Of a DNA stretch of 64,000 nucleotides, positions 21,801 to 30,834 are shown piece by piece (position 1 is the first letter of the stretch; every line of letters begins with the position of its first letter). The position numbers were made by a program, and so were the translations under genes. The DNA comes from Candidatus Poseidoniaceae archaeon (lineage in GTDB: Archaea; Thermoplasmatota; Poseidoniia; Poseidoniales; Poseidoniaceae). The stretch lies in NCBI GenBank assembly GCA_949372875.1, contig CASIAW010000007.1:24736-88735 (forward strand). The letters run 5' to 3'. Below the pieces are notes generated by a model. It was not told the DNA's origin. It searched no databases and worked only from the letters and a program-made list of their open reading frames with translations.

Positions 21801-24800
21801 CAGAAGAAAGATCCCATGCTCCTTCGACCGTTGATGCAGGTTGTGAACCGAATGAATGCCAATCTAGTGAGCCGTTTCGAATGTAGATTACATCACTGTT
21901 TGAATCACCTCGGACAGCCATTGCAGGTTCAGAACCACCATTCAAATCGAGATTAAATGAGTTTATTGCGCCACTTGGCTGAGAGAGAAGAGTGGAGTTC
22001 CATGTTGAATTTTCTGCCCAAGTTGATTGATTCATTTGGCGTTCATAGAGATTCAAGGCTCCAGTAGAGGTCAGTGTAGCGACCATCATTGTTCCATCGT
22101 CTGTCATCGCGAGTTGGATGTTACTCGAGAGATCTGTTAGACTCGAAATAAAACTTGGTTCAACTGATGTTCCATCATACATCCATACGCTGAGGTTTTG
22201 GTTTTGGCCATCATTAGAAATCAAAGCGATGGCAAGATTGTCGTTAGGCATATACATTGCAGGGAAATGACTTGAGACGACCTCACCTTGAGAACCGATC
22301 ATGGCTGCGGACCATCCACCATCGTCGTGGGACATGATTAATTGGTCATCTGTTGAATCGCGGTAAAGAATGGTTGTTGCATCGCTTTGGTTGGTCAAAA
22401 CAACCAGTGGATCGACCAAATTGAGATTGGTAGCAACTTGAGTAGTTGCCCATCCCGAATCATCTTCAAGAGAGGCAAAGATTTGCTGCCCTCCGATACC
22501 TGAAGTCGCATGAGCGAGATGTTGGTGACCTTCGGAATCAAGGGCTGAGCCGAGTAAAGCCCCCATTGTTCCGGATGTAAGGATACTTTGTTCAACAGCG
22601 GTGTAACTTGATGTTGTTTGCATCTTCAGCGCCTGACCTCCTTCTGTAGAGAGAACAATCGGTCGGCCGGAACTTGTCCCAGCAAAAGCAAAGCTCGTTG
22701 AACTTGGAGATGAAGTTGAAAGCACTGTATCGGCCCATACTCCGGTAGCGGTACCGTCACTTACGTGCTCTAAGAAATGAAGAGAGTCCCAGTTCTGGAA
22801 TGAGAGGAGCATACTGGCTTCACCTCGGCTTGAGGTTGAAACATCTAAGAATTCTAACTCATCGGTATCAAATGCGAATGTAGATGATTCCCAATCACGT
22901 TCTGAGTAGAACTGGTAAACAACTCGGAATGAGGAATCAGGAATTGACTCCCGATAACTGAGACAAATCTCGTTGAGGCCATCACCATCAATATCACCAT
23001 GGGTTGCCATTGAAAGGCCTCGGTATTCTTGGGCATTGCCGGTGGCGAGTAATTCCGAATCACTGCTTAAGCCGGATGCTGAACCGAGAATAAGGTCAAC
23101 TTCACCACTGCGAGTTGCCCCTTGCTGCATAAGCAGGATATCATCATACCCATCTTCATTGACGTCGCCTGCTCCCATGAACATTCTCCCAAGCATTGCA
23201 TTGGCAGAGTCGCCTACTTTGGTCCAATTAGGGACAACAGAATGAATGCCGGAAGAAGATCCATGATACATCCATACCTTTCCGACTTGATAGCCTCCTG
23301 TGCCGTTATAGACTTCTGAAAACATCATGTCATCATATCCATCAGAGTTGATGTCCCCAATGAAATCGATTGTATGTCCGAACATCTTACCCTGGACATT
23401 CGAATCAATAGTTTGGTCTGCAATTCCGTTGAATCCAAAAGAGGCACCAAAGTAAATTTCAATCCTTGGAAAGCCACTGAATGAATCAAAACTCGCAGCA
23501 TTGGAAACAAGAAGATCATCAAACCCATCTCCGTTCAAATCCCCTGAACCACTCATTGAACGACCAAGCAGGGTTGATTCTTGCGTTTGAGTAATGTTAC
23601 GCACATGGTCCATAGACGAGGAATTTCCCTTGTAAATCGCTATCTTTCCATTGTGCACTATTTCGTTTGGAATGGTAGCAACAACTAGAGAATGATTGGC
23701 AGCAACTGCAGCGAGGTCTGCAAATCCATCACCGTTCATTCCAGCAATTGCTTCAAGTTTCCAGCCAAGAGCCTCACCTTGATTTCCAGTTACACTCCAC
23801 CACGAATTCAAACAATCAAGGCTTCCAGACGTGTTACCGAGGAAAATGTCAATTTTACCGTTATCCCCATTGGAGGAGTTCCACCCGGGTGAGCCTACAG
23901 CGATATCGACAATTCCATCTCCATTGAAATCTTCAACTGCTAAGCCCGATCCAAACCGTTGTCCTGCTTGCGTGCCATCACACAGGGTGATGGAACCATC
24001 ATGACCGAGTCCAAAGGCAGAACCGTAAGAAAGAGAGATGCGACCTGCCTCGAGGTGTTCAGTGGAATAACCGGGTTCAGAATAGATAAAGTCGTCAAAT
24101 CCGTCGCCATTGAAATCTGCCATGAAAGTGACACCTTCATCGAGGTTCTGTGAAGCGGTGGATTGGACTGGTGGCAACTGAATCTCAGAGAACTTAGGCA
24201 CCGGATTGATGCGACCTTCATCTTGTCCCGAAAGGCTTCGAAGTAATTGCACATTCGTAATGAGGTTCCCAGATCCATCGTCAACAACAGACGTCGTTGC
24301 AATTTGTTCAACAGCATTCGAATCAAGACCCATGCCAATATGTGTACCAAGGTTCGAGTCGCGAACGAGGACTCGACGGTCATATGTCGAGCCATCATAA
24401 CGAATCAAACGAACTTCTTCGCCTGCGGTGTAGAGTAAATGTGCAACACCATTATCATCCATTTCTAATTCAATAGAATGGCCGATTGGCCCTACATCAA
24501 GGAGGTCATGATACCACAAATTGCCACTGTAGTTTAATTGCCATAACGAACCATTGACATCCCGAAATACAGCATATTCCAGTTGATTCGGCAAGAGTAC
24601 CATCTCGATATCGGTTGGTCCAACATCATATCGGATGGTGATTTTTTGCCAAGAAAGTTCCGAAAAGACAGAGTTTGGATAAGCGATATGAGCTGACTTG
24701 AGATTGCTACCGTCTGCATAAAGCACATACTGACGGCCGTCTTCATTGACGGCAAGAGCGCAATCAACCAGAGAACTAGCGTTTGATGGGGTCACGGAGT

Positions 24801-25239
24801 CAACCAAATACAGCGACCAACCGGACTGAACCGACGAGTAGGATTGTTGCCCCCCGTCAAGGGAACCAACGTAGACATTCCCCTGTTCAGTTGTCCAGCA
24901 TGCATCAAAGCCTTCATCATGACTGAGTTGAATATCTGGGCGGCCCATTGTTTCATTTGGCAACATCACAAGCATTTCAGCCATCCAGAGATCTAATGCT
25001 GACTCTTCCCGAACCGTTGCATCATCTAATCCGTCGAAAGCAAGGTTGGTTCCTGCAAAATCATGGCTATATGAGTTATTGAGAGGGACATAATCGCTTG
25101 AAGAAGAAACAATGTTCTCATTAAACTCTAAGCCAGATTCTGTAGGATATTGCACCAAAGGAGAGAAGAGATGCACGACAAACAAAAAAGTGAGCAGCAA
25201 TGAAACTATTGGAAAAGGTCTGCTCGCCGCTGCCGCCAT
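18868..25239 (-). CDS. Giant surface protein: FG-GAP (integrin-alpha-like) repeats, thrombospondin type-3-like repeats, TM helix and cytoplasmic tail
   Basis: Seven D-x-N/D-x-D-G loops, many DxDGDGxGD/CP repeats, TM IIIAVVAGMVVLLVVAVILL-RR. Start moved to ATG 25239, which precedes a signal-like helix. Confidence 0.85.
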   Translation of the reverse strand: MAAAASRPFPIVSLLLTFLFVVHLFSPLVQYPTESGLEFNENIVSSSSDYVPLNNSYSHDFAGTNLAFDGLDDATVREESALDLWMAEMLVMLPNETMGRPDIQLSHDEGFDACWTTEQGNVYVGSLDGGQQSYSSVQSGWSLYLVDSVTPSNASSLVDCALAVNEDGRQYVLYADGSNLKSAHIAYPNSVFSELSWQKITIRYDVGPTDIEMVLLPNQLEYAVFRDVNGSLWQLNYSGNLWYHDLLDVGPIGHSIELEMDDNGVAHLLYTAGEEVRLIRYDGSTYDRRVLVRDSNLGTHIGMGLDSNAVEQIATTSVVDDGSGNLITNVQLLRSLSGQDEGRINPVPKFSEIQLPPVQSTASQNLDEGVTFMADFNGDGFDDFIYSEPGYSTEHLEAGRISLSYGSAFGLGHDGSITLCDGTQAGQRFGSGLAVEDFNGDGIVDIAVGSPGWNSSNGDNGKIDIFLGNTSGSLDCLNSWWSVTGNQGEALGWKLEAIAGMNGDGFADLAAVAANHSLVVATIPNEIVHNGKIAIYKGNSSSMDHVRNITQTQESTLLGRSMSGSGDLNGDGFDDLLVSNAASFDSFSGFPRIEIYFGASFGFNGIADQTIDSNVQGKMFGHTIDFIGDINSDGYDDMMFSEVYNGTGGYQVGKVWMYHGSSSGIHSVVPNWTKVGDSANAMLGRMFMGAGDVNEDGYDDILLMQQGATRSGEVDLILGSASGLSSDSELLATGNAQEYRGLSMATHGDIDGDGLNEICLSYRESIPDSSFRVVYQFYSERDWESSTFAFDTDELEFLDVSTSSRGEASMLLSFQNWDSLHFLEHVSDGTATGVWADTVLSTSSPSSTSFAFAGTSSGRPIVLSTEGGQALKMQTTSSYTAVEQSILTSGTMGALLGSALDSEGHQHLAHATSGIGGQQIFASLEDDSGWATTQVATNLNLVDPLVVLTNQSDATTILYRDSTDDQLIMSHDDGGWSAAMIGSQGEVVSSHFPAMYMPNDNLAIALISNDGQNQNLSVWMYDGTSVEPSFISSLTDLSSNIQLAMTDDGTMMVATLTSTGALNLYERQMNQSTWAENSTWNSTLLSQPSGAINSFNLDLNGGSEPAMAVRGDSNSDVIYIRNGSLDWHSFGSQPASTVEGAWDLSSEGGTYVLMTSVGQNNLLTWNSLNTQPTLSSQSSSEYFWNSLSFGDVTATGSVGFYTDSNETLHLAIQDSVLWDVEVLRLYPDADRDLIFDLVDDLPLLANQWSDSDGDGYGDNTLGPLADYCPSTNAPSSLYTYGCLDYDNDGYADVDDACNDDPGDSWIDRMGCDDYDQDGWSNNKFNYLSGDVFIFNWKLALDSDGDGYGDNSGPDCCLTEYDSSQPDGDLFPFNPSQYKDQDGDGWGDNSSDWVDGDNCKWDWGASWRDRNGCLDSDLDGSSDPSNSGGLEWNVSHGADAWPFDSTQWADSDGDGYGDNSSQFATNPDSFPDNIGAAEDNDSDGYPDRWTEFYDITDDVTENDGGGLLLDACPGVTGNSTSPYPGCPDADGDGWMNSEDAFPLEPTQWLDFDSDGFGDNPAGYQADECPTIAGVLEGTSPTEGGTGIGCRFIDDTDDDGDFVPNAEDICPDTDAGLSVNAVGCGENQLDDDDDSVTNDLDICPSTPFGVLVDASGCSNAQLETDDDLDNVSGPADLCPETLYSERSEVDENGCSPSERDSDSDGVKDDVDACPETPSGYPVLADGCTDETAFEQDLDGDGYLGEYTYTLNETSGLREDQQGDAFPTNSSQWSDLDGDGWGDNPDGIYSDYCPTEFGTSTRENIYGCYDDGDGYADFTELPYLAGNATQWFDKDADGYGDNPNGTYPDLCPGTDRALSVSVDENGCAPRQLDSDNDGVNDELDQCKNEPKGEDGYSDGCPLRSSGSDDGSSSALGTSTIIIAVVAGMVVLLVVAVILLRRQGDDYDYDDDDDDDWDDDDDDDSLPFRNSRSAQESAPKRAPVSQAGPSRGPSKGPTKGPQGGPGPSRSPPKGPQGRGPNSPPPQAATPPRSKPSPRGRVSTRPSFDSPSEPKEEEESGAKVRKATFKIDLSLFEDWQTEDRESAADWVRSSLDDGEEERSIMMQLQETGWTAPQSRAIFNMGRSR

Positions 25240-25291
25240 GCAACCTTGTCGGCCGGCTTCCTTGAAAACGCTTCTTGAAGATTGCATCCAT

Positions 25292-25310
25292 TGACCCCCG
25301 TAGGGGGTCA
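25292..25310. promoter_or_regulatory. Palindromic site TGACCCCC-gta-GGGGGTCA
   Basis: Perfect 8-bp inverted repeat in the divergent intergenic region; near-identical copy at 30807. Confidence 0.6.
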
Positions 25311-25386
25311 TAACAACAAACTGCAAAACCATCGTTTTGAACCGCTCAATGGATGGGTTTGACAAGATGGACAACCTCGCCGGAGC

Positions 25387-26019
25387 ATGGCGGGAGAGCG
25401 ATATGTGATCATCGCCAATGGTCATTGGCCTAAAGAGGCAATATGGAGACCGTTAGTCGAAGATTCGGACCACGTCATGGCGTGTGATGGAGCGGCCGTT
25501 CAGTGTATTGAACACAAGGTTACAATGAATTCCATTATCGGCGACATGGATAGTCTACCGATTGAAATTGAATCGAAACTCAAACAAGAAGAAGAAATTC
25601 AATTTTTTGAACAAACGATTCAAGAAGAAAACGACTTGGTCAAAGCCATCCATTGGGCGATTAAACAAGGAGCCTCTCAGATCGAAGTATTCGGAATCGA
25701 AGGCGGAGATATGTCCCATCAATTTGCAGCTTTTTTAGCACTGTGTGAAGTCCCATTTCACACTCGATTAAACACATCGCAGGGCACCATTGAACTCATC
25801 CCGAAAAGTGGATATAGAAACTGCTCTATAGAAAAGAAGAGGCTCTTCTCCCTCTTCGCAATAGGGGCTGTTGAAGGCATCAAAACCTCGGGCGCAAAAT
25901 GGAATCTCAAAAACGAAGAGTTACGTCCTGGAACACGAGGCCTCCACAATCAAGTCGAGGGAGAATGTCTTGAGATCAGTATGGATTCTGGTCAACTACT
26001 TCTCTTCTTGAACCGTTGA
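25387..26019 (+). CDS. thiN: Thiamine pyrophosphokinase
   Basis: ANG, CDGA, IGDMDS, NDLVKA, FSLF, G.KW.L motifs. Confidence 0.88.
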   Translation: MAGERYVIIANGHWPKEAIWRPLVEDSDHVMACDGAAVQCIEHKVTMNSIIGDMDSLPIEIESKLKQEEEIQFFEQTIQEENDLVKAIHWAIKQGASQIEVFGIEGGDMSHQFAAFLALCEVPFHTRLNTSQGTIELIPKSGYRNCSIEKKRLFSLFAIGAVEGIKTSGAKWNLKNEELRPGTRGLHNQVEGECLEISMDSGQLLLFLNR

Positions 26020-26853
26020 TTCAGGGAGATACTTGCGAAGCATTTCTGAATAACTTCCTTTACCATCCCATTCTTGAGCGATTTTGTCAATACGTGCTTT
26101 TTCAAGCGTATCTTCTAGACCGCCCCAGTCTTCTATGAGGCCGAGTTTTAGTGCAGCCCGTGGAGTATAACCCGGGAGGAAATTACGCCACAAAAAGGGT
26201 ACGCGGCCCGGAGTGACTCGATTCACCATTCGAACAATCGAAGTATTGCAGGTGGTCAAAAACGAATGATACCATTCCGGTTTTTCAGCGAGTTGGTTTG
26301 CCTTATTTGCGAGGCGGCGAAGCATGTCTTTGTCCTTACCAGGTGGCGTGATGGCTCGAAACATGTAGTCCTTATTTCCTCGAGCATTTGTTCGTAATCC
26401 TGTGAGGTCGTGCTCAAAACCGACCAGGAGATACAGTTCAAAATTACGCCAAAGACCAGTCCATGGGTGATAGCGTTGTTTGACTCGACGACGTGCTTCA
26501 AAGGAGAAAGAGAGGCATGTGCCATCATTAAACTCAAAGGTCAGATAGGTATGTGCCATTCCGTGGATTGCATGGAAATGATCGACTATGAACCAGATGT
26601 CTTTCAGTTCTTCAACATCGACAACCACCTCATCCGCCCATGCTTCATCACGGTCCCGAGTTGTGCGCCAGAAGAAATCACGAACATTTCGAAACGTGAT
26701 GAGGTTACCATCAGTCGTGGTTGTGGTTAGAAACTCACAGTCTGAATTCCATTTTGCGTCATTTTGGGGAATGCGTGGACGAACTTTTACCACCCAAATG
26801 AGTATGCATATGCCTACCAATGAGAGAAGTGAAAGAAAAAAAATGTCCAACAA
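25996..26853 (-). CDS. DUF4105 / Lnb-N-like membrane-anchored protein
   Basis: N-terminal TM, NVRDF.W, AHTYLTFEF, SFEAR, YHSFLTTC. Confidence 0.75.
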   Translation of the reverse strand: MLDIFFLSLLSLVGICILIWVVKVRPRIPQNDAKWNSDCEFLTTTTTDGNLITFRNVRDFFWRTTRDRDEAWADEVVVDVEELKDIWFIVDHFHAIHGMAHTYLTFEFNDGTCLSFSFEARRRVKQRYHPWTGLWRNFELYLLVGFEHDLTGLRTNARGNKDYMFRAITPPGKDKDMLRRLANKANQLAEKPEWYHSFLTTCNTSIVRMVNRVTPGRVPFLWRNFLPGYTPRAALKLGLIEDWGGLEDTLEKARIDKIAQEWDGKGSYSEMLRKYLPESTVQEEK

Positions 26854-26865
26854 CGAAATTACCCC

Positions 26866-28188
26866 TCACCACTTGTGCCAAATACGAAGCTGATCATCCC
26901 ACCAATCAGTACCACCGTCTGGATGTTGACGCCAGAGAATACCTTCACCATCGGTCATCGTTGGAAGACCCTGAGCATCAGGTGAGCCGTCAGCAAGAAT
27001 CATTGGCATCGGACCAAGGTCCCGAAGAGAAGAGACTCCTGTTTCTTCCTTCACACGAACCAAGAGAATGAATACGACAACACAAACGATCAAGCCCAGA
27101 ATACCAATTGAGAACCAACCTACGGATTCAGTAGGAGTTTCATCTCCAAAAGAGCGGCTCGGAAGAGTTGCTGCTTCATCTTCAGAAAGGTTGAGCCCGG
27201 GGAGCCGAACAAGATTTATTCCGTGAACGGTTCGGATTTTTTCGTTATTGATTACTTCTAACGTAATCAAATGAACACCTGCGGGAAGGATGCTACAATC
27301 ATACGATGTGCTACGATTGCCGGGCAAGACAACTCCTTGAACGGTCCAGATTTTATCAAATGTAGAAAAGTCTACATCAATCATGTTTGGAATCATCGTG
27401 ATTTGGCAAGGATTGTCTGTAACGTTTTCATTCCCAACAACTGACATAGAGAATGCAGGCGCTGGCCGATTGTTTATCGAGAGATTGAGCCAATACTCTG
27501 CGGTTTGGCCTAAGTCATTTCGATAGGCTTCTTTGAGTAAATATTCGCCTGCAGGCCAGTGAGAACAATCTAAAATTGTCTGGTTATCAAGAACCGTGAA
27601 TGGCGCACCAGAGAATGTGCGCACGCCTGATGCGTCATATCGAGGGCCAGTTTCATCTGCAAAAATGCGGTTGATTGAACAGGGGTCTCCCGTTTCAATC
27701 CAGCTTGGCGCCTCTAAATCCAGCATAAGTTGTGGCGTTTTCAAAGCAGGCGTAAGCACATAGTTCGGCAATTGAAGCGTTGTGATTTTATTCCCGTCTT
27801 GGTTGATAAATTCAAGTCGGAGGGAATGTTCACCTTCTGACCATGCATCGTAAACGAGACTTACATTCGATTGGCCGGTAAAAGCCATGTATTGCGATTC
27901 AAGAACTTCTTTATCCTTGTGAAGTCCATACAATCGTAATTCAATTTCGGTTAAGTCGGAACTCGAATTGAGAATGACAACCACCCGAATCGCATCGGGT
28001 TCACCATCTTGGTTCATGTCCATGGTATCATTTCTCAAGGCAACGAGCGTCAGTCCTTCAGCAGAAAGAGCGTCTTCAACAGGAGTCGTTTCTGCTTGAA
28101 CTTCATCGACAAGACCGAGAGGGAGCATTATGCAACCGAGAAGAAGAGAGGTAAGAAGCAAAGGCAGAACTCGTGAGACTTCACTCAT
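26866..28188 (-). CDS. Secreted, C-terminally anchored hypothetical protein with Trp-rich tail
   Basis: Signal peptide, beta-rich body, TM, tail WRQHPDGGTDWWD..W.KW; GAGGTGA RBS before ATG 28188, overlapping the upstream stop. Confidence 0.75.
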   Translation of the reverse strand: MSEVSRVLPLLLTSLLLGCIMLPLGLVDEVQAETTPVEDALSAEGLTLVALRNDTMDMNQDGEPDAIRVVVILNSSSDLTEIELRLYGLHKDKEVLESQYMAFTGQSNVSLVYDAWSEGEHSLRLEFINQDGNKITTLQLPNYVLTPALKTPQLMLDLEAPSWIETGDPCSINRIFADETGPRYDASGVRTFSGAPFTVLDNQTILDCSHWPAGEYLLKEAYRNDLGQTAEYWLNLSINNRPAPAFSMSVVGNENVTDNPCQITMIPNMIDVDFSTFDKIWTVQGVVLPGNRSTSYDCSILPAGVHLITLEVINNEKIRTVHGINLVRLPGLNLSEDEAATLPSRSFGDETPTESVGWFSIGILGLIVCVVVFILLVRVKEETGVSSLRDLGPMPMILADGSPDAQGLPTMTDGEGILWRQHPDGGTDWWDDQLRIWHKW

Positions 28189-30760
28189 TGACTTCACCTC
28201 CTTGTTCTGGAATTGGTTGAGCGGGTGGTGGCATCTCCATGCCTTCGGGAATTGGAAGAGGAGGTAAATCCTCCAATGGAATCATTGCTGGCGGCATTGC
28301 ATCCATCGTTAGTGCGTCTAAGTCTGCTGTTTCTTTGGAGTCAAACAATTGCTCTTCAAGGAGTTCATTGTCTCTCCCTCTACGAACAATGAGTGCTAAT
28401 GTTGCTCCGAAAATAAATCCAAAACCAATGACTAGATACGTCAACCAAGAGGCTGCTGGATCTTCACCTAAGATTGCAACAGCCGCTGAAAATTCACCAT
28501 AAGAATCCGACCAGCCATCGCCATTTGAATCGACACAGCCTTGGGTATCTCGCATGGAAATACCTGATATTTCTGGGCAGTCGTCTCGGAGTGCGCCTAA
28601 TGGAACATCACCGAAACCATCACCGTCGGAGTCTCGCCACTGAAGAGATTCAGTAGGGAATGAATCCGCAGCACCATACGGATGGGCTTGCCAACTATCG
28701 GTTGGATCTGACCAACCATCACCATCGGTATCACGACATCCCAAGCGGTCAAGCAGAGAAGTACCACGAACCTCAGGACAAGCATCGCCTTGATTGCCAT
28801 CTTCCGAATCTCCAAAACCATCGCCATCAGTATCGCGAGATTGGGTTGGCTCATGGATGAATGCATCACCTAAATCAGACCAGCCGTCGCCGTCTGTATC
28901 CGGGCAACCCCAACGGTCGCCGCCGGATGAAGGACCGACAGAAGTTCCTGCTTGACTAGGGCAAACATCTGCGGTCGTCCCAAGTGGGTTATCGCCACGT
29001 CCGTCACCATCAATATCGTGCCATTGGGTAACATCCATTGGCCAAGCATCGCCCTTTCCACCGGGACTTGCCAACCAAGAATTCGTTGGATCAGACCAGC
29101 CATCTTCATCGCTATCTGGGCATCCCCATCGGTCAAAAGTTGAGGCCCCTTCAGTCGTTCTACATCCGTCGCCTCGATAGGCAACACGAAGCGTTTGACC
29201 GTCGAAATATTCGAGGTTATCACCGTAACCATCGTCATCGGTATCATACCATTGACTTTCATCGTTCGGGAATGCATCAGCAAACCCATCGGGGTGAGCA
29301 ATCCAATCACTGCTCGGGTCTGAATAGCCATCTGAATCAACATCTCGACAACCAAGTCGGTCGAAACGAGAAATCCATTCGGACTCGACTTCTTCTGCTG
29401 AGGAAAAGACACAAACATCGCCTTCAAATCCGTCGAGGTTATCACCGTAACCATCACCATCGGTATCTCGGTATTGTGATTCTATGAATGGGAAATCATC
29501 GATTTGTGTCGCACCATAAGATTGGTTATCACCCCAACCATCTTCATCGGAGTCCGCCCACTGGGTTGGGTTGTCTGGGAAGTCATCGACTTGTAGAGCA
29601 CCTTCCGATTGGTTATCGCCCCAACCGTCAAAATCACGGTCTTGCCATTGGGAAGGTTCCAGAGGGAATGCATCAGAACCATTGGATTTCGTCCAATTCA
29701 AATCTCCGTCAGAAAATCCATCGCCATCTGTATCAGTGCAACCGTACCGGTCACCTGTTGAGGTCCCCGTAATGAATGGACAAGCGTCGGGTGTCGAGGC
29801 ATTGAACAACCACGAACCAATTCCCCAACCTGCACGTGAAAGGTTCCAATCTCCATCTTCCCAATTATCTCCAAAACCATCAGCATCGGTATCGTTCCAC
29901 TGTGACTGGTCAAGCGGAAAAGCGTCTCCAAACCCAACTGGGTGAGCATACCAAGCGGTAACACCGTCCAATGCACCGGGGTCTTCGTTTGAATAACCGT
30001 CACCATCTGAATCTAAACAACCGTATCGGTCTTGAACTGAATAGCCTCTTCGGAATGGACAATGATCTCCTTCAAAGCCATCGAGATTGTCTCCATAGCC
30101 ATCGTTATCGCTGTCAAGCCATTGGGAATTTTCGCTAACAAAAGCATCAGCCCCATTTTGAGGACCCCATCCTGAATCAGGATCAGACCAACCGTCTGAA
30201 TCTGAATCTGTGCAGCCCTTGCGGTCGTTTGTGGAGGTTCCTACCAAATTGTCACAGTCATCATCGTTATCGATAAATCCATCCTCATCAAAATCCCGGT
30301 TTGCTTTGTCAATTGAAGGCGTGAGGGTGTAATCAAATCCGTCGTTACACCACGAATCATCTGCCTTGACTTTGACATACACATAACTCGCAGTGTTCAC
30401 TGTTGTCGAGAGAACTTTGGAAGCCGCATTATCATCAGCATAGGTATCGACAATGACGCCACCTTGTGCATCGAGAAGAGAAAATCGACCGGCCCATCCA
30501 TCCCCAGGACACCACCATGCAGGTCCATTCATCGAACCGGAAAAAGAAACTTGAACGATATCGCCTTTCCGAGCTTCGACCTTCCAAAAGTCGGCTTTAT
30601 CTTGCCCTGCATCACAGTCAGGGTCGCACACATAACCGTTAGATGTAACGCCATCTGTGAGAGGATTTGCGCTTTGAATGTCGTCATCAGCCGAGACAGG
30701 CGGTAGCATTGAAATCATCATCGCGGCGAGGCAGATGGCCATCAACCGCTTCGCGAGCAT
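28181..30760 (-). CDS. Thrombospondin type-3-like repeat surface protein with N-terminal PPC-like domain
   Basis: Signal peptide, many DxDxDGxSD / DAFP...QW / DR.GC repeats, C-terminal TM and Pro-rich tail. Confidence 0.85.
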   Translation of the reverse strand: MLAKRLMAICLAAMMISMLPPVSADDDIQSANPLTDGVTSNGYVCDPDCDAGQDKADFWKVEARKGDIVQVSFSGSMNGPAWWCPGDGWAGRFSLLDAQGGVIVDTYADDNAASKVLSTTVNTASYVYVKVKADDSWCNDGFDYTLTPSIDKANRDFDEDGFIDNDDDCDNLVGTSTNDRKGCTDSDSDGWSDPDSGWGPQNGADAFVSENSQWLDSDNDGYGDNLDGFEGDHCPFRRGYSVQDRYGCLDSDGDGYSNEDPGALDGVTAWYAHPVGFGDAFPLDQSQWNDTDADGFGDNWEDGDWNLSRAGWGIGSWLFNASTPDACPFITGTSTGDRYGCTDTDGDGFSDGDLNWTKSNGSDAFPLEPSQWQDRDFDGWGDNQSEGALQVDDFPDNPTQWADSDEDGWGDNQSYGATQIDDFPFIESQYRDTDGDGYGDNLDGFEGDVCVFSSAEEVESEWISRFDRLGCRDVDSDGYSDPSSDWIAHPDGFADAFPNDESQWYDTDDDGYGDNLEYFDGQTLRVAYRGDGCRTTEGASTFDRWGCPDSDEDGWSDPTNSWLASPGGKGDAWPMDVTQWHDIDGDGRGDNPLGTTADVCPSQAGTSVGPSSGGDRWGCPDTDGDGWSDLGDAFIHEPTQSRDTDGDGFGDSEDGNQGDACPEVRGTSLLDRLGCRDTDGDGWSDPTDSWQAHPYGAADSFPTESLQWRDSDGDGFGDVPLGALRDDCPEISGISMRDTQGCVDSNGDGWSDSYGEFSAAVAILGEDPAASWLTYLVIGFGFIFGATLALIVRRGRDNELLEEQLFDSKETADLDALTMDAMPPAMIPLEDLPPLPIPEGMEMPPPAQPIPEQGGEVNE

Positions 30761-30806
30761 GCTTGTCCAATAGGTGGTGTGCCTATGAACACCGCGCCTT
30801 CTCGGC

Positions 30807-30825
30807 TGACACCCGTAGGGTGTCA
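30807..30825. promoter_or_regulatory. Palindromic site TGACACCC-gta-GGGTGTCA
   Basis: Perfect 8-bp inverted repeat 47 bp upstream of the TSP3-repeat gene; matches 25292-25310. Confidence 0.6.
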
Positions 30826-30834
30826 TTGAAATGT

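Noticed and set aside
25240-25386. TPP riboswitch upstream of thiN
   Set aside because: No CUGAGA or other TPP core motif; only the palindrome reported separately.
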